A stretch of DNA of 64,000 bases from an uncultured Thiotrichales bacterium (GCA_964620675.1 CAZUJU010000008.1:16434-80433); one strand, 5' to 3'. Positions 45,893-57,558 are shown, counted from the first letter of the stretch. A program made the numbers and translations. The notes: a model not told the origin generated them from the sequence alone.

Positions 45893-46498
45893 TCATTCGG
45901 GTATGAGGTTGCGGATGACTTTATCGAGTTCGCCCAGCCGGAGTTCCAGCTCGTCCTCGCCGGTTGGGATGTGCTGTGTTGTTTCGGCGGTCTTGAATGT
46001 GACCGCAGTTTGGGTGCCTGCGGGAGAGAACAGGTGCCGATATCTTGGTTCCGCGGCATCTCGGTCGACCTCGATGGGTTCGACGAAAGGTCCGGCGGGG
46101 TGATCGTGGAGCGACGCCAGCAAGGATGTCACGCTGATCGGATCGCGGAATGGGTACAGTTTTTGTCCTGCCAGCACCAATTGTTGCGCGGTTTGTGCGC
46201 CGTTGAGCAGCAACAGGCTCAGTGCGGCGAGTTGGGACGGGTCAAATCCAAAGCGCCCGGCAAGCAGGCTGTGAAAGGCGGCGATGCTGGCGTCCGTGGT
46301 GACCAGATTGCGCGCCAGCAGCGCTTGGAGGGCGGTGTCGACGGACGCTTGCGTCGCGGGCGCGTGGCGGCAGCGCTCGCCGCAGGCATCGAGCAAATCG
46401 GTGCGCGCGATCGGCGAGGTAGCACCGCAGACGAGTTCGCGTTCGAGCAGGACTCCAAGCACGCAGGCCTCGAAGTCGGACAAAGGACTAAGCTTCAT
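45893..46498 (-). CDS. YceH-like (DUF480) protein
   Basis: MKLSPLSDFEACVLGVLLEREL…LAALSLLLLNGAQTAQQL…PAGPFVEPIEVDRDAAEPRYRHLFS plus a C-terminal coiled coil; this parallels E. coli YceH as remembered. The start is set at the internal ATG. Confidence 0.75.
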   Translation of the reverse strand: MKLSPLSDFEACVLGVLLERELVCGATSPIARTDLLDACGERCRHAPATQASVDTALQALLARNLVTTDASIAAFHSLLAGRFGFDPSQLAALSLLLLNGAQTAQQLVLAGQKLYPFRDPISVTSLLASLHDHPAGPFVEPIEVDRDAAEPRYRHLFSPAGTQTAVTFKTAETTQHIPTGEDELELRLGELDKVIRNLIPE

Positions 46499-46517
46499 GC
46501 TGCGTTCCGTGGCGGCC

Positions 46518-47360
46518 TCAGGGCGGAATACGTCCAAGTGTAGCACGCGGCTGTCCGGCCCAATCGCGGCGGGATGCGACCTCGATGTATCCGCCAGCGG
46601 TCAGCATCGCCTGCACGGCTGGCGCCTGAGTGTACCCGTGCTCCAATAGCAACCATCCGCCGCGCGTGAGGTGGGTGCGGGCGTCGGCGCAAATTCGGCG
46701 CAGGTCGTCGAGTCCGTCCGCTCCGGCGACGAGCGCGCTTTGCGGTTCGAACGGCAGCCCGTCGCGCTGCAAATGCGGGTCGTCGGCGGCGAGATACGGG
46801 GGATTGCTGACAATCAAATCAAATTCGCCAGCGGGCAGTGCGGCGCACCAGTCGCCTGATCGAAAGCGGATATTGCCAAGGCCGAGCCGCTGCGCGTTGC
46901 CCTCGGCGATCGCCAGCGCCGCTGCGCTGCGGTCGGTGGCGACGATCTGCCAGGATGGCGCGGCGTGCGCCAGTGCCACCGCGATCGCGCCGCTGCCGGT
47001 GCCGAGGTCGGCAATTCGTGCCGGGACATCCGGGCGGCAGTATTCGAGCGCGAGTTCCACCAGCAGTTCGGTCTCGGGTCGCGGAATGAGCACCGCCGGT
47101 GAGACCTCCAGCGCGAGCGACCAGAACTCGCGTGTCCCAGTGAGATAAGCCACCGGCTCGCCAGCGATACGCCGCACCAGCAGCGCCGCGTAAGCCGCGT
47201 CTTCGGCGGGACTCAACACTCGCTCCGGCCACGCGAACAAGTAACTACGCGGACGCTGCAAGATCTCCGCAAGCAGGATCTCGGCTTCGAGACGCGCCGC
47301 TTCGGTATGGGCGGAAAGCAGCCGCGCGGCGTCGCGAATCGCAGTGCCGAGGGTCATCAT
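46518..47360 (-). CDS. prmC: Release-factor glutamine N5-methyltransferase
   Basis: DLGTGSGAIAVALA SAM motif and the NPPY motif (VSNPPYL). It lies downstream of prfA. Confidence 0.9.
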   Translation of the reverse strand: MMTLGTAIRDAARLLSAHTEAARLEAEILLAEILQRPRSYLFAWPERVLSPAEDAAYAALLVRRIAGEPVAYLTGTREFWSLALEVSPAVLIPRPETELLVELALEYCRPDVPARIADLGTGSGAIAVALAHAAPSWQIVATDRSAAALAIAEGNAQRLGLGNIRFRSGDWCAALPAGEFDLIVSNPPYLAADDPHLQRDGLPFEPQSALVAGADGLDDLRRICADARTHLTRGGWLLLEHGYTQAPAVQAMLTAGGYIEVASRRDWAGQPRATLGRIPP

Positions 47361-47426
47361 CCGAGAATCCTCGGTGCCGTGGCGGACTTCAGCCGCGGCC
47401 GGCGCACGGGATCTTTCGCGACGGGA

Positions 47427-48515
47427 TCATTCCTGATTGGCGAGCGCGGCGAGTTGTTCGGCCTGGTATTCATTCAGTAATGGATCGACGACTTGATCGA
47501 GGTCGCCTTGGAGCACGTCGTCGAGGCGGTAGAGGGTGAGGTTGATGCGGTGGTCGGTGATCCGGCCTTGCGGAAAATTGTAGGTGCGAATGCGTTCGGA
47601 TCGGTCGCCGGAGCCGACCAGGCTCTTGCGCAGGGCACTCTCGGCGTCACTTTGTTTACGCTGTTCCGCTTCCAGGATGCGAGCGCGCAGCAGCCCCATC
47701 GCACGCGCACGGTTTTTGTGCTGCGAGCGTTCGTCCTGGCATTCAACCACAATGCCGGTTGGCAGATGGGTGATGCGAATCGCGGATTCGGTTTTGTTGA
47801 CGTGCTGCCCCCCGGCGCCCGAGGCGCGATAGGTGTCGACCTTGAGATCGGCCGGGTTGATCTCGACTCCTTCAATCTCGTCGATCTCGGGCAGAATCGC
47901 GACGGTCGCGGCCGAGGTGTGGATCCGGCCCTGGGCCTCGGTTTCCGGTACCCGCTGGACGCGGTGCGCGCCGGACTCAAACTTCAGGCGCGAAAACGCA
48001 CCGAAACCGATTACGCGGCTGATCACTTCCTTATACCCACCATGTTCGCCTTCGCTCTCGCTCAATAACTCTATCTGCCAGCCACGACGTTCAGCATAGC
48101 GTGAGTAGAGTTTGAACAGGTTGCCGGCGAAGATGGCGGCTTCATCTCCACCAGTGCCGGCGCGAATTTCGAGAAACACGTTGCTTTGGTCGTGGGGATC
48201 GGCTGGCAGGAGGGCGCGCTGAAGCGCTTGTTCCAGCGAGTCGAGCCGCGTTTCGGCCGCCGCGCGTTCCTCCAGCGCGAGCGCGCGGAGTTCGGGATCG
48301 TTTTCCTGGAGCATCTCTTCGGCGGCGGCGCGGTCCATGACCGCGCGCTCGTAGTCGCTGAACGTCCGTACCACCGGTTCCAACTTGCCGTATTCCTGCG
48401 AGAGGGTGCGAAAGCGATTCTGGTCGGAGGCCGCGTCGGGTTCGGCAAGAAGCGCGGTGACTTCCTCGAAGCGCTCTTTCAGGCCTTCAAGTTTACGCAG
48501 AATGGTGGGTTTCAC
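47427..48515 (-). CDS. prfA: Peptide chain release factor 1
   Basis: PET anticodon-like motif (RVQRVPETE) and the GGQ motif ([11 protein letters not shown]). Confidence 0.97.
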   Translation of the reverse strand: MKPTILRKLEGLKERFEEVTALLAEPDAASDQNRFRTLSQEYGKLEPVVRTFSDYERAVMDRAAAEEMLQENDPELRALALEERAAAETRLDSLEQALQRALLPADPHDQSNVFLEIRAGTGGDEAAIFAGNLFKLYSRYAERRGWQIELLSESEGEHGGYKEVISRVIGFGAFSRLKFESGAHRVQRVPETEAQGRIHTSAATVAILPEIDEIEGVEINPADLKVDTYRASGAGGQHVNKTESAIRITHLPTGIVVECQDERSQHKNRARAMGLLRARILEAEQRKQSDAESALRKSLVGSGDRSERIRTYNFPQGRITDHRINLTLYRLDDVLQGDLDQVVDPLLNEYQAEQLAALANQE

Positions 48516-49792
48516 GTGGCGTTGTTTCCGTTGCTGTTGCCGTTCAGTTTGAAGAGTTCCTTGGCTGCTTCGAGTAGGTCCTGGCGCCCGCTGCGCGCCG
48601 CTACGTTGAGGGCGCTGGTGGCGTCGTGGAGGAGTTTGTTGGTCAGGGTGTTGGCGAGGTAGTGCATGACCTCCTCGGCCGGCTTGCCCACCAGCAGTTG
48701 CCGTTGCGCTTCCTGTAACACTTGGTTGCGGGTGGTCGCGCCTTTGTCGCGGTAGGCTCGAATGGTGTGGACGGCGTCCTGACTTTCGAGCCAGCCCATG
48801 AAGGATTCAACCTGAACCTCGATCAATTCCTCGGCCTGCTTTGCCGCTTCGCGCCGTGATTCCAGATTTTCCTGAATGACATCGTGCAGATTGTCGACGG
48901 TATAAAGGTAGATGTCGTCGAGTTGGCCCACCTCGGGTTCGATGTCGCGCGGCACTGCGATGTCGACCATAAAGATCGGCCGGCGTTTACGCGCCTTGAG
49001 CGCGCGCTCGACCATGCCTTTGCCGAGGATCGGCAGCGGGCTGGCGGTCGATGAGATCACGATGTCCGCCTGCGGCAAGGCCTCGGGCAAATCGGGGAGT
49101 GCCAGCGCGGTGGCGCCGAACTGTTCAGCCAGCACTTCGGCGCGTTCAAGGGTTCGATTGGCGATGATCATACGACCGATTTTCTTTCTGAGCAGATGGC
49201 GCGCGGCGAGTTCGATGGTCTCTCCGGCGCCGATCAGCAGGGCGGTGTGCGGTTGCAGTTCGCCGAAGATCTGCTCGGCGAGGCGAACGGCCGCGAATGC
49301 GACCGATACCGGGCTCGACCCGATGGCGGTTTCGGTGCGTACCTGCTTGGCCGCGGCGAAGGTGTGCTGGAACAATCGGCTTAGGTAGCGCCCGAGGCTG
49401 TGATTTTCCAATGCGTGCTGATAGGCGGCCTTGAGTTGGCCGAGAATCTGCGGTTCACCAAGCACCATCGAATCGAGTCCGCAGGCGACCCGCAGGGTAT
49501 GGCGAACCGCGGCGCTGTCGCGATACAGGTAGAGGTAGGGCCGCAGGTGGTCGGGGTCGAACCGGTGCCGCCGCGACAGCCATTCGGGCAACTGGTGTTC
49601 GCCGGACTGCCCGTGCTGCCAGCACATCAACTCGGTTCGATTACAGGTCGACAGCACCGACACTTCTTCCACCCCGGGTAGCTCCAGCAGTTGGGCCAGG
49701 GTCGCGGGTAGGTGCTCCGCCGCGAACGTGACGCGTTCGCGAACCTCCACCGGCGCGGTGACATGATTAATGCCTAGCGTGAGCAACGACAT
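48512..49792 (-). CDS. hemA: Glutamyl-tRNA reductase
   Basis: [19 protein letters not shown]…LSTCNRTE (catalytic Cys)…[16 protein letters not shown] motif. 4-nt overlap with prfA. Confidence 0.95.
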   Translation of the reverse strand: MSLLTLGINHVTAPVEVRERVTFAAEHLPATLAQLLELPGVEEVSVLSTCNRTELMCWQHGQSGEHQLPEWLSRRHRFDPDHLRPYLYLYRDSAAVRHTLRVACGLDSMVLGEPQILGQLKAAYQHALENHSLGRYLSRLFQHTFAAAKQVRTETAIGSSPVSVAFAAVRLAEQIFGELQPHTALLIGAGETIELAARHLLRKKIGRMIIANRTLERAEVLAEQFGATALALPDLPEALPQADIVISSTASPLPILGKGMVERALKARKRRPIFMVDIAVPRDIEPEVGQLDDIYLYTVDNLHDVIQENLESRREAAKQAEELIEVQVESFMGWLESQDAVHTIRAYRDKGATTRNQVLQEAQRQLLVGKPAEEVMHYLANTLTNKLLHDATSALNVAARSGRQDLLEAAKELFKLNGNSNGNNAT

Positions 49793-49986
49793 GTGGAAGT
49801 TTTATGCGTCCAAAAGCTGAGCATTCTCTTTGAACAACCCGGTAGGTGACAAGCGCACTCGCATTCAACCCTCAAGCCGTTGAAACTGGCGGAGAGGTTT
49901 ATGCGTTTGTCGAAATGTGATAATACCGCACAGGGTGGCCGCTTGAAATTTGCTACGCTGCGGTTTCCGTCAATCCAAGGACTTCT

Positions 49987-51741
49987 ATGACTATGCGTTT
50001 GAAAGCGCGCCTGCTGGTACTGGCGCCCATCGCGGCGATCGGGATCGTCGGCTGTGCCTCAATGAGCCCCGCCGAGCGCGGCGCTGTGGCGGCGACGCCA
50101 CTGGAGACGCAACGCGTCGAAATCGCCCAGACGGGCCTGCCAGAGGCGGCCCAACAGCGCGCGGACCTGGTGTTCGAATTGCTCGCGGGCGAAATCGCTG
50201 GGGTGACGGGACGTCTCGAGCAAGCGATCGAGCACTACGGCAAGGCCAGTGCGCTCAGCAACGATCCGGCAGTCGCCGCGCGCACCGCGCGCATCGCGTT
50301 GTACGCCAAAGACTATCCGCTCGCACTTCAGGTGACTAAGCGTTGGCTGGCGTTGGAGCCCGAAAACGTCGAGGCACGCCAGGCGGTCGGATTGTTGCTG
50401 GTGCGCCTAAATAAGCCAGAGGACGCGGTCGAGCATCTGGTCAAGGTCATCGAGCACGGCCCCACCAACTACGAGATCGCATTTACGCAGCTGGGTCTGT
50501 TGTTCGGGCAGGACAAGGTCACATCGGCCGAGCTCACAGTCATGCAACTGCTGCGTGAGCGCTATCCGCAAGAACCGCGCGCGCATCGGGTCTACGCGGA
50601 GCTTGCGGTGACCACCGATGACAAGGCCGGGGCGCTCGCGGCCGCCGAGGAGGCATTACGCCTCGCGCCGCGCGATGTGCCGGCACGGGTCCTGCGCAAT
50701 CGTTTGTTGGCGGGTGGTGAGCGGGCCGACGAGGCGATTGTTGATATGGAGCAACTGATTCGCGAAAAGCCCGACGACGAGGGCTTGCGTACCAACTACG
50801 CGCGAATGCTGGTCCAAGCTGGGCGTTACGAGAAAGCGCTGGTCGAGTTCGAACGCATGCTGGCGGATTTTCCCGAAAACCCTGACCTCGAATACAGCGT
50901 TGCGCTGCTGCTGCTGGAGCAAAAGCAGTACCCGCAGGCGCGGTTGCGATTGGAGAATCTACTCGAATCTGGGCAGTACACCAACGAGGCAGCTTATTAC
51001 CTGGGCCGAATCGCGCAAGACGAGACGCTTTACGACCAGGCCATCGGTTGGTATCTGCGGGTCCGTAGCGGCGACTACGCGATTGAGTCGCAAACCCGTG
51101 TCGCCGACATGCTGGCAAAACTTGGACAGATCGACAAGGCACGGGAACATCTCGCGGAGCTGCGGCAGCAGGTCGACGATGAAGCGTTGCAGGTGCGGCT
51201 GTATCTCGCCGAAGGGCAGCTGCTGCGGGATGCCAAGCGCTCGCAGGAGGCCTACGACTGGTATTCGGCCTCGCTGCAACGGTTTCCTGACGACCCGGAT
51301 TTGCTCTATGCGCGCGCCTTGACGGCCGAGAAGATCGAACGGCTCGACTGGTTAGAGCGGGATTTGCTCGCGATCATCGCCCAGGATCCTGAAAACGCAA
51401 CCGCGCTCAACGCCCTCGGCTATACGCTCGCGGATCGGACTACGCGTTACGACGAAGCCTTCAGGTACATCGACAAAGCCCTGGCGTTACGCCCCGATGA
51501 CCCCGCGATTATCGATAGCATGGGTTGGGTTAAGTATCGCCTCAAGGACTACGAGGCTGCCGAGCGATATCTGCGTCAGGCTTACGCTAAACTTCCGGAT
51601 GCCGAGATCGCCGCACATCTGGGCGAGGTGCTGCTGGTTCGGGGCGAGACCGATCAGGCGCGGGAGCTGGTGCTCAACGCCTTGCAGCAAGCGCCCGAGG
51701 ATGAGCGCTTGCTTGAACTGAAGAAACGCTTTAACCCATAA
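49987..51741 (+). CDS. TPR-repeat lipoprotein (upstream partner of lolB)
   Basis: Lipobox IGIVG/C after a signal sequence, followed by multiple TPR-like repeats along 584 aa. Its position upstream of lolB matches other Gammaproteobacteria. Confidence 0.8.
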   Translation: MTMRLKARLLVLAPIAAIGIVGCASMSPAERGAVAATPLETQRVEIAQTGLPEAAQQRADLVFELLAGEIAGVTGRLEQAIEHYGKASALSNDPAVAARTARIALYAKDYPLALQVTKRWLALEPENVEARQAVGLLLVRLNKPEDAVEHLVKVIEHGPTNYEIAFTQLGLLFGQDKVTSAELTVMQLLRERYPQEPRAHRVYAELAVTTDDKAGALAAAEEALRLAPRDVPARVLRNRLLAGGERADEAIVDMEQLIREKPDDEGLRTNYARMLVQAGRYEKALVEFERMLADFPENPDLEYSVALLLLEQKQYPQARLRLENLLESGQYTNEAAYYLGRIAQDETLYDQAIGWYLRVRSGDYAIESQTRVADMLAKLGQIDKAREHLAELRQQVDDEALQVRLYLAEGQLLRDAKRSQEAYDWYSASLQRFPDDPDLLYARALTAEKIERLDWLERDLLAIIAQDPENATALNALGYTLADRTTRYDEAFRYIDKALALRPDDPAIIDSMGWVKYRLKDYEAAERYLRQAYAKLPDAEIAAHLGEVLLVRGETDQARELVLNALQQAPEDERLLELKKRFNP

Positions 51742-51823
51742 CGCAAACCACAGTACACCGACGCGATGCGGTGGGGCGGCAAGGAGGCGGCCACCGTGCC
51801 GAGCGCGCCGACGCTAACCACAA

Positions 51824-52477
51824 ATGACGACTACCAACGCCTCCCGGCCGCACAACGGCACCCCTTCGCTCAGCTTTTCCGTCGCGGCGATGCTGATGTT
51901 GTCTTATTTGTTGCTCGCCGGCTGCGCGAGTGCGCCTGCGTTGGATGTTCGGGGCGACGGACCCGCGCCGATCGATCTCTCCGAGCAACGGCGAACGCAG
52001 CTCGCAACCTTGAATGCGTGGGATATCAAGGGTCGGCTGGGGGTACAGCGAGCCGAGGAGGGCTTTTCGGCCGCGCTCGAATGGAAGCAGAACGGTGAGA
52101 TCTTCGACATCCGTTTGTTCGATCCGCTCGGGCGACGTGTTGCGTGGCTGCTTGGTGACCGGGGTGAAGTCAATCTTCTGACCGGCGATGGCAAGGACTT
52201 GCGTTCGGAAAACCCTGAAGAACTCATGCAAACCCACCTCGGTTGGTCATTCCCGGTGCGTAGCCTGTTTCACTGGATCAAGGGTATTCCGGATCCGAAT
52301 CAAGTGGCTTGGCGTGAAGAGTACGATGATGCCGGTCGTTTGGTGCGGCTGGAGCAGAGCGGTTGGACGATGACCGTCGAGCGGTTTCTAACCGAGGACT
52401 TGTTGGCGCGGCCGGCACTGGCGCTATTGGTGCGTGATGACATGCGGGTCAAGGTGCTGGTCAGCGAATGGCGCTAA
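51824..52477 (+). CDS. lolB: Outer-membrane lipoprotein LolB
   Basis: Lipobox LLLAG/CASAP. The context is the lolB-ispE-prs arrangement and the body is LolB-like (W.I.GRLGV….GFSA.LEW.Q). The true start may be ATG 51890. Confidence 0.75.
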   Translation: MTTTNASRPHNGTPSLSFSVAAMLMLSYLLLAGCASAPALDVRGDGPAPIDLSEQRRTQLATLNAWDIKGRLGVQRAEEGFSAALEWKQNGEIFDIRLFDPLGRRVAWLLGDRGEVNLLTGDGKDLRSENPEELMQTHLGWSFPVRSLFHWIKGIPDPNQVAWREEYDDAGRLVRLEQSGWTMTVERFLTEDLLARPALALLVRDDMRVKVLVSEWR

Positions 52478-53349
52478 AGCCGGCGGGCGTCGAGGTCGGT
52501 GCGGGTGACGGCTGGTTTAGTGCACCGGCCAAGCTCAACCTTTTTCTGCATATCACGGGGCGCCGGGCGGACGGTTATCACGAGTTGCAGACCTTGTTTC
52601 AGATGCTCGACCGCGGCGACCGGCTGGCCTTCACATGCAACGCGAGCGGCTCGATTCGGCGGATTACCGAGATTCCTCGAGTGCCCGAAGCGCAGGATAT
52701 TACGGTGCGCGCGGCGCGGGCTTTGCAAGCCGCGGGCGACGTAACAGCCGGATGTGAGATTCACCTCGATAAGCGACTCCCTTTGGGGGGTGGCTTAGGG
52801 GGCGGGAGTTCCGACGCGGCGACCACCCTATTGATACTGAATGAACTCTGGGGCTGCCGGTTACCGACTGCGACGCTGTTGCAGCTTGCCGTTGAGCTCG
52901 GCGCCGATGTGCCGGTGTTCGTCGCGGGGCGTACCGCCTGGGGCGAAGGGGTAGGCGAGCGGCTGACGCCGGTAGAGGTTTGGGAGGCCTGGTATTTCGT
53001 TGTCAAGCCGCCGATCGAGATCTCGACCGCGGCATTATTCGCCGCTCGGGAATTGACACGCGATTGTTCGCCGATGAAAATAGCCGACTTTCGCGACACG
53101 GGTGGCAAAAATGTCTTCGAGCCACTGGTGCGGCGGCGTTATCCGATCATCGATGAAGTCATGCGCTGGCTTGATTCGTATGCGGTGTCGCGGTTAACAG
53201 GCACCGGCGCATGCGTGTTCGCGAAATTCGACTTCGAAGACGAAGCCACGGCGCTACTCGGGCAGTTGCCCGCTGGGTGCGAAGGGTTCGTGGCGAGAGG
53301 GGTGTCCGAGTCGCCGCTCATGACGCAGCTCAGAGCACTGCGCAGCTGA
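52468..53349 (+). CDS. ispE: 4-(cytidine 5'-diphospho)-2-C-methyl-D-erythritol kinase
   Basis: APAKLNLFLHITGRRADGYHEL and the GHMP motif PLGGGLGGGSSDAA. Confidence 0.95.
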   Translation: MALKPAGVEVGAGDGWFSAPAKLNLFLHITGRRADGYHELQTLFQMLDRGDRLAFTCNASGSIRRITEIPRVPEAQDITVRAARALQAAGDVTAGCEIHLDKRLPLGGGLGGGSSDAATTLLILNELWGCRLPTATLLQLAVELGADVPVFVAGRTAWGEGVGERLTPVEVWEAWYFVVKPPIEISTAALFAARELTRDCSPMKIADFRDTGGKNVFEPLVRRRYPIIDEVMRWLDSYAVSRLTGTGACVFAKFDFEDEATALLGQLPAGCEGFVARGVSESPLMTQLRALRS

Positions 53350-53355
53350 TAAAAT

Positions 53356-53430
53356 TGGGCCGTCGCCAAGCGGTAAGGCACTGGATTTTGATTCCAGCAT
53401 ACCTAGGTTCGAATCCTAGCGGCCCAGCCA
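53356..53430 (+). tRNA. tRNA-Gln (anticodon UUG)
   Basis: Cloverleaf read by hand: TGGGCCG TC GCC AAGCGGTAA GGC A CTGGA TTTTGAT TCCAG CATAC CTAGG TTCGAAT CCTAG CGGCCCA G CCA. The architecture is nearly identical to E. coli tRNA-Gln. Confidence 0.95.
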
Positions 53431-53437
53431 ATACCAC

Positions 53438-53478
53438 GGGTCCGCTTTGGGGTCACCCCGAAGCAGGCCCTTTTTTTT
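53438..53478 (+). terminator. Rho-independent terminator after tRNA-Gln
   Basis: GGGTCCGCTTTGGGG-tca-CCCCGAAGCAGGCCC stem (one mismatch, two G-T pairs) followed by T8. Confidence 0.7.
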
Positions 53479-53502
53479 AGGCAGAATCTAGGCAGGTTAA
53501 CC

Positions 53503-54462
53503 GTGTCTGATGTATCCGGCATGATGATCTTCGCAGGAAATGCGACGCCGAGGCTCGCCCAGTCGGTCGCGGATCATATCGGTTTATCGCTGGGAAAAGC
53601 CGAGGTCGGGCGGTTCAGCGATGGCGAGATCCAGGTCGAGATCCACGACAACGTGCGCGGACATGATGTGTTCATCATCCAGTCCACCTGCCATCCGACC
53701 AATGATAACCTGATGGAGCTTCTGATCATGGTCGATGCACTGCGGCGTTCGTCCGCGGGCAGGATCACGGCAGTCATTCCGTATTTCGGGTATTCCCGCC
53801 AGGACCGGCGCGTCCGTTCCAAGCGCGTCCCGATCTCGGCCAAGGTCGTTGCCAATCTGCTGACCGTGGTTGGCGTCGACCGGGTGCTGACGGTTGATCT
53901 CCATGCCGATCAGGTTCAGGGGTTCTTCGATCTGCCGGTCGACAACGTATACGGGTCGAAGGTGCTGGTGGACGACATCATTGCTCACAAGCACGGTAAC
54001 GGGAACTGGACCGTGGTGTCGCCCGATGTCGGCGGTGTGGTGCGTGCCCGCGCCTTCGCTAAGCGTATGGGCGACGAACTCGCGATCATCGACAAGCGTC
54101 GGCCGCGCCCCAATCAGGCTAAGGTGATGCACATCATCGGCGATGTCGAGGGGCGTAACTGCGTGATCGTGGACGACCTGGTCGACACCGCCGGGACCTT
54201 GTGCGAGGCGGCCAAGGCGCTGAAGGAGCACGGCGCGGCCTGGGTCTCGGCTTACGTGACCCATCCTGTACTGTCGGGGCCGGCTATTGCGAACATCGAA
54301 AAATCGGTGCTCGACGAGATGGTCGTGACCGACACCATTCCGCTCAAGCCCGAAGCGCTAGCCTGCCGCAAGATTCGGGTACTGACGATTGACCGCTTAC
54401 TCGCGGAGACCATGCGCCGGATCAATCGCGAGGAATCGGTCTCGGAATTGTTCGAGGAATGA
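53503..54462 (+). CDS. prs: Ribose-phosphate pyrophosphokinase
   Basis: [17 protein letters not shown]…RFSDGEIQV…[11 protein letters not shown]…[13 protein letters not shown] is canonical Prs. GTG 53503 and ATG 53521 are both possible starts. Confidence 0.95.
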   Translation: MSDVSGMMIFAGNATPRLAQSVADHIGLSLGKAEVGRFSDGEIQVEIHDNVRGHDVFIIQSTCHPTNDNLMELLIMVDALRRSSAGRITAVIPYFGYSRQDRRVRSKRVPISAKVVANLLTVVGVDRVLTVDLHADQVQGFFDLPVDNVYGSKVLVDDIIAHKHGNGNWTVVSPDVGGVVRARAFAKRMGDELAIIDKRRPRPNQAKVMHIIGDVEGRNCVIVDDLVDTAGTLCEAAKALKEHGAAWVSAYVTHPVLSGPAIANIEKSVLDEMVVTDTIPLKPEALACRKIRVLTIDRLLAETMRRINREESVSELFEE

Positions 54463-54589
54463 GCCAACGCAACTAGCTTTTGGGTGGCGCGACCCTGCCG
54501 GTTTCGCCACCTGCCACCGTTTCCTGGTCGCGGGAAACGACTCGGACGCAAGTCCATTTTTCATGACTATGCCAACTGGAGTTTTCAGT

Positions 54590-55213
54590 ATGAGTACGGA
54601 TTTCGTTATCAAGGCCGAAATGCGCGAGGAACAGGGGAAGGGTGCGAGCCGCCGCCTGCGTCGCGACGGCAAGTTCCCCGCCGTCATGTATGGCGCCGGC
54701 AAACAGCCTCAGCCGCTATCGTTGATGCACCACGAGGTGCTGCACCAACTCGAGAACGAGGCATTCTATTCGCATATTCTGACCGTCGAGATCGCCAACG
54801 GTTCGACCGAAAAGGTCGTGTTGCGCGATATACAGCGGCACCCCTACAAGCCGGCGATCCTGCACATGGATCTGCAACGCGTGAGCGACAACGAAAAGAT
54901 TCGTGTGCACGTGCCATTGCACTTTATCAATGAAGATATTTCTCGCGGCGTCAAGCAGGGTGGGCAGGTCAGCCACCTGATGGTTGAAGTCGAAGTGCAG
55001 TGTTTGCCGAGAGATCTGCCCGAGTTTATCGAGATCGACCTCGCGAACGTCGAAGTGGGTCAAACCATTCACCTGACGGAATTGGTCCTGCCGGCGAATG
55101 TGGAGATTGTTGCGTTGACCCACGGCGGCGAGCACGATCAGGCGGTTATCAGCATCCACAAACCGGGCGGCGGGCTTCAGGACGAGACCGAGGAAGGCGC
55201 TCCGGCCGCGTAA
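54590..55213 (+). CDS. rplY: 50S ribosomal protein L25 / general stress protein Ctc
   Basis: [35 protein letters not shown]…[20 protein letters not shown]. The track ORF (54389) is over-extended upstream. Confidence 0.9.
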   Translation: MSTDFVIKAEMREEQGKGASRRLRRDGKFPAVMYGAGKQPQPLSLMHHEVLHQLENEAFYSHILTVEIANGSTEKVVLRDIQRHPYKPAILHMDLQRVSDNEKIRVHVPLHFINEDISRGVKQGGQVSHLMVEVEVQCLPRDLPEFIEIDLANVEVGQTIHLTELVLPANVEIVALTHGGEHDQAVISIHKPGGGLQDETEEGAPAA

Positions 55214-55270
55214 CGCTTGCGCGCCACGTCGCTTGCGGACGACGTGGCGCCGGTCGGCAGCGAGGGTGTA

Positions 55271-55843
55271 ATGGCGTCGATTCAATTGATCGTCGGGCTT
55301 GGCAATCCCGGCCTGCAATACGATCAGACCCGGCACAATGCCGGCTTCTGGTTTGTTGACGAACTTGCCAAACGCCACCGCGGCCAGTTCCGGCGCGAGG
55401 CGCGATTCGCCGCCGAGCAGGCGCGGATTCAAATCGATGGGCATGAGCTCTGGTTGCTCAAACCGCAGACGTTCATGAACCGCAGCGGTCAGGCCGTGCG
55501 ACCGTTTCTCGATTACTTCAAGATTGCTCCGGCGGCGACTTTGGTCGCGCATGATGAAATCGATCTCGCACCGGGCGTCGCGCGCATGAAACTCGCGGGT
55601 GGTCACGGCGGGCATAACGGCTTGCGCGATTTGATTCAGCATCTTGGCGCTGAGTTCTGGCGCTTGCGGCTGGGCGTGGGGCACCCCGGCCACCGCGATC
55701 AGGTCGTGGACTACGTGCTTAATCGGCCAAGCGCGGAGGATCAGCGTGTCATTGAGGATACGATCGCGCGCGCAGTCGAACTGGTACCGGAATTCGTGCG
55801 GGGCGAACTGGCGAAGGCGCAGCAATGCCTCCACAGCACCTGA
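55271..55843 (+). CDS. pth: Peptidyl-tRNA hydrolase
   Basis: IQLIVGLGNPGLQYDQTRHNAGFWFVDEL…GHGGHNGLRD is canonical Pth. Confidence 0.95.
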   Translation: MASIQLIVGLGNPGLQYDQTRHNAGFWFVDELAKRHRGQFRREARFAAEQARIQIDGHELWLLKPQTFMNRSGQAVRPFLDYFKIAPAATLVAHDEIDLAPGVARMKLAGGHGGHNGLRDLIQHLGAEFWRLRLGVGHPGHRDQVVDYVLNRPSAEDQRVIEDTIARAVELVPEFVRGELAKAQQCLHST

Positions 55844-55888
55844 CGCGCGTCGTCAGTCTAATCCAGCAGTCAGCTAGTAGGGATCGTT

Positions 55889-56980
55889 ATGGGATTTAAA
55901 TGCGGCATTGTCGGATTACCGAACGTCGGCAAATCGACCTTGTTCAATGCACTGACCCAAGCCGGGATTCAGGCCGCGAACTACCCGTTTTGTACCATCG
56001 AACCGAACGTCGGGATCGTTCCGATGCCCGATCCGCGGCTCGACGAACTCGCCGCGATCGTCAAACCCGAGCGGGTGGTGCCGACGACGATGGAGTTTGT
56101 CGATATTGCCGGTCTGGTTAAAGGCGCCGCGCAGGGCGAGGGGCTCGGGAATCAGTTCCTGGCGCATATTCGTGAAACCGATGCGATCGCCCAGGTGGTG
56201 CGGTGTTTCGAGGATCCGGACATCGTGCACGTTGCCGGTAAGATCGACCCTGCATCCGATATTGAGATCATCAATACCGAACTCATCCTCGCCGACCTCG
56301 ATACCGCCGAAAAGGCCTTGAGCCGGGTGGCGCGTGCCGCCAAGGCCGGGGGCAAGGATGCATTGGCCCAGAAGCAGGCAATCGAGCGCCTGTTGCAGCA
56401 TCTCGGTGCGGGATACTCCGCGCGCACGCTTGAGTTATCGGAGAGCGAGCGCCCGCTGCTGCGCGAGCTGCACCTGTTGACGCTCAAGCCCTTGCTGTTC
56501 ATCGCCAACGTCGCGGAGGACGGTTTCGAGAACAATCCGTTGCTGGATGCGGTCAACCTCGCGGCGGTCGCCGAACGGGCCGACGTGGTGCCAGTCTGCG
56601 CCTCGATGGAGGCCGAGATCGCGGAGTTGGAGGATGCCGAGAAGCTCGAATTTCTGGAGGAGATGGGCTTGCATGAAGCGGGCCTCAATCGGGTCATTCG
56701 CGCCGGTTATCATCTGCTTGATCTGCAAACCTACTTTACCGCTGGGGTCAAGGAAGTACGGGCCTGGACCATGCGCAAGGGTTCGACCGCACCACAGGCG
56801 GCGGGGCGCATTCATACCGATTTTGAGAAAGGATTTATCCGCGCGGAAGTGATTGCCTATCAGGATTTCGTGACCTACCGCGGCGAGCAAGGCGCCAAGG
56901 AAGCCGGCAAATGGCGGCTAGAGGGTAAGGACTATGTCATGCATGAAGGCGATGTGGTGCATTTCCGCTTCAACGTTTAA
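55889..56980 (+). CDS. ychF: Redox-regulated ribosome-binding ATPase YchF
   Basis: [23 protein letters not shown]…[11 protein letters not shown]…C-terminal TGS-like [29 protein letters not shown]. Confidence 0.97.
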   Translation: MGFKCGIVGLPNVGKSTLFNALTQAGIQAANYPFCTIEPNVGIVPMPDPRLDELAAIVKPERVVPTTMEFVDIAGLVKGAAQGEGLGNQFLAHIRETDAIAQVVRCFEDPDIVHVAGKIDPASDIEIINTELILADLDTAEKALSRVARAAKAGGKDALAQKQAIERLLQHLGAGYSARTLELSESERPLLRELHLLTLKPLLFIANVAEDGFENNPLLDAVNLAAVAERADVVPVCASMEAEIAELEDAEKLEFLEEMGLHEAGLNRVIRAGYHLLDLQTYFTAGVKEVRAWTMRKGSTAPQAAGRIHTDFEKGFIRAEVIAYQDFVTYRGEQGAKEAGKWRLEGKDYVMHEGDVVHFRFNV

Positions 56981-57021
56981 TCGCGATTATCGGGATTCTT
57001 TAGGCGGGGGCGGATTAGTGC

Positions 57022-57050
57022 TTGACTTATCCGTACAGAATTCAGAAGAT
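57022..57050 (+). promoter_or_regulatory. Possible sigma70 promoter for tRNA-Met
   Basis: TTGACT (57022-57027), a 17-bp spacer, GAAGAT (57045-57050), then the GC-rich discriminator TGCGGCCCC. The tRNA starts at 57065. The -10 is weak (3/6). Confidence 0.3.
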
Positions 57051-57064
57051 TGCGGCCCCACAAA

Positions 57065-57141
57065 GGCTATGTAGCTCAGCTGGTTAGAGCACGGCACTCA
57101 TAATGCCGGGGTCGGTGGTTCAAGTCCACCCATAGCCACCA
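57065..57141 (+). tRNA. tRNA-Met (elongator, anticodon CAU)
   Basis: GGCTATGTAGCTCAGCTGGTTAGAGCACGGCACTCATAATGCCGGGGTCGGTGGTTCAAGTCCACCCATAGCCACCA. The anticodon loop is CTCATAA. It closely resembles E. coli elongator tRNA-Met. Confidence 0.95.
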
Positions 57142-57558
57142 ATTAAATCAAACACCTACCTTGCCTCGCTTCGGTCGCCTATCGCGGCGGTCAGCAGACG
57201 TCGTCTGACGGTTTTCAGCATCTAGGTCGCTGGTTCGAGCCCTCTTAGGGCGAGATGCAAATGGGTGCAGGGTCGTCGTGACCGTCGCATATTTCCGTAG
57301 GCTCCCTCCGGTTCGCCAGCAGATCGCCGGTTGTCTAGCGTCCGGCGGTGCCCGCGCGTCACCACTCATTGCGTAGGGGCGTTTGATTGACTCGATACGT
57401 AAACTCTCGGTCGACAGCGGCTGCGCCTCGGGTTCGCTTGGGGCGTAGCAACGCCGCTCGGCAGGTATGGCAAGCGCGTTGAGGCATCGGGGTCACCCAA
57501 GAACTGGTTTCGCGCCTACCACCACGTCAGCCGGGCGCGGCGCCACCGGCGCTGCCGA

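Noticed and set aside
54716-55834. 372-aa minus-strand ORF
   Set aside because: It is antisense to rplY and pth, both unambiguous.
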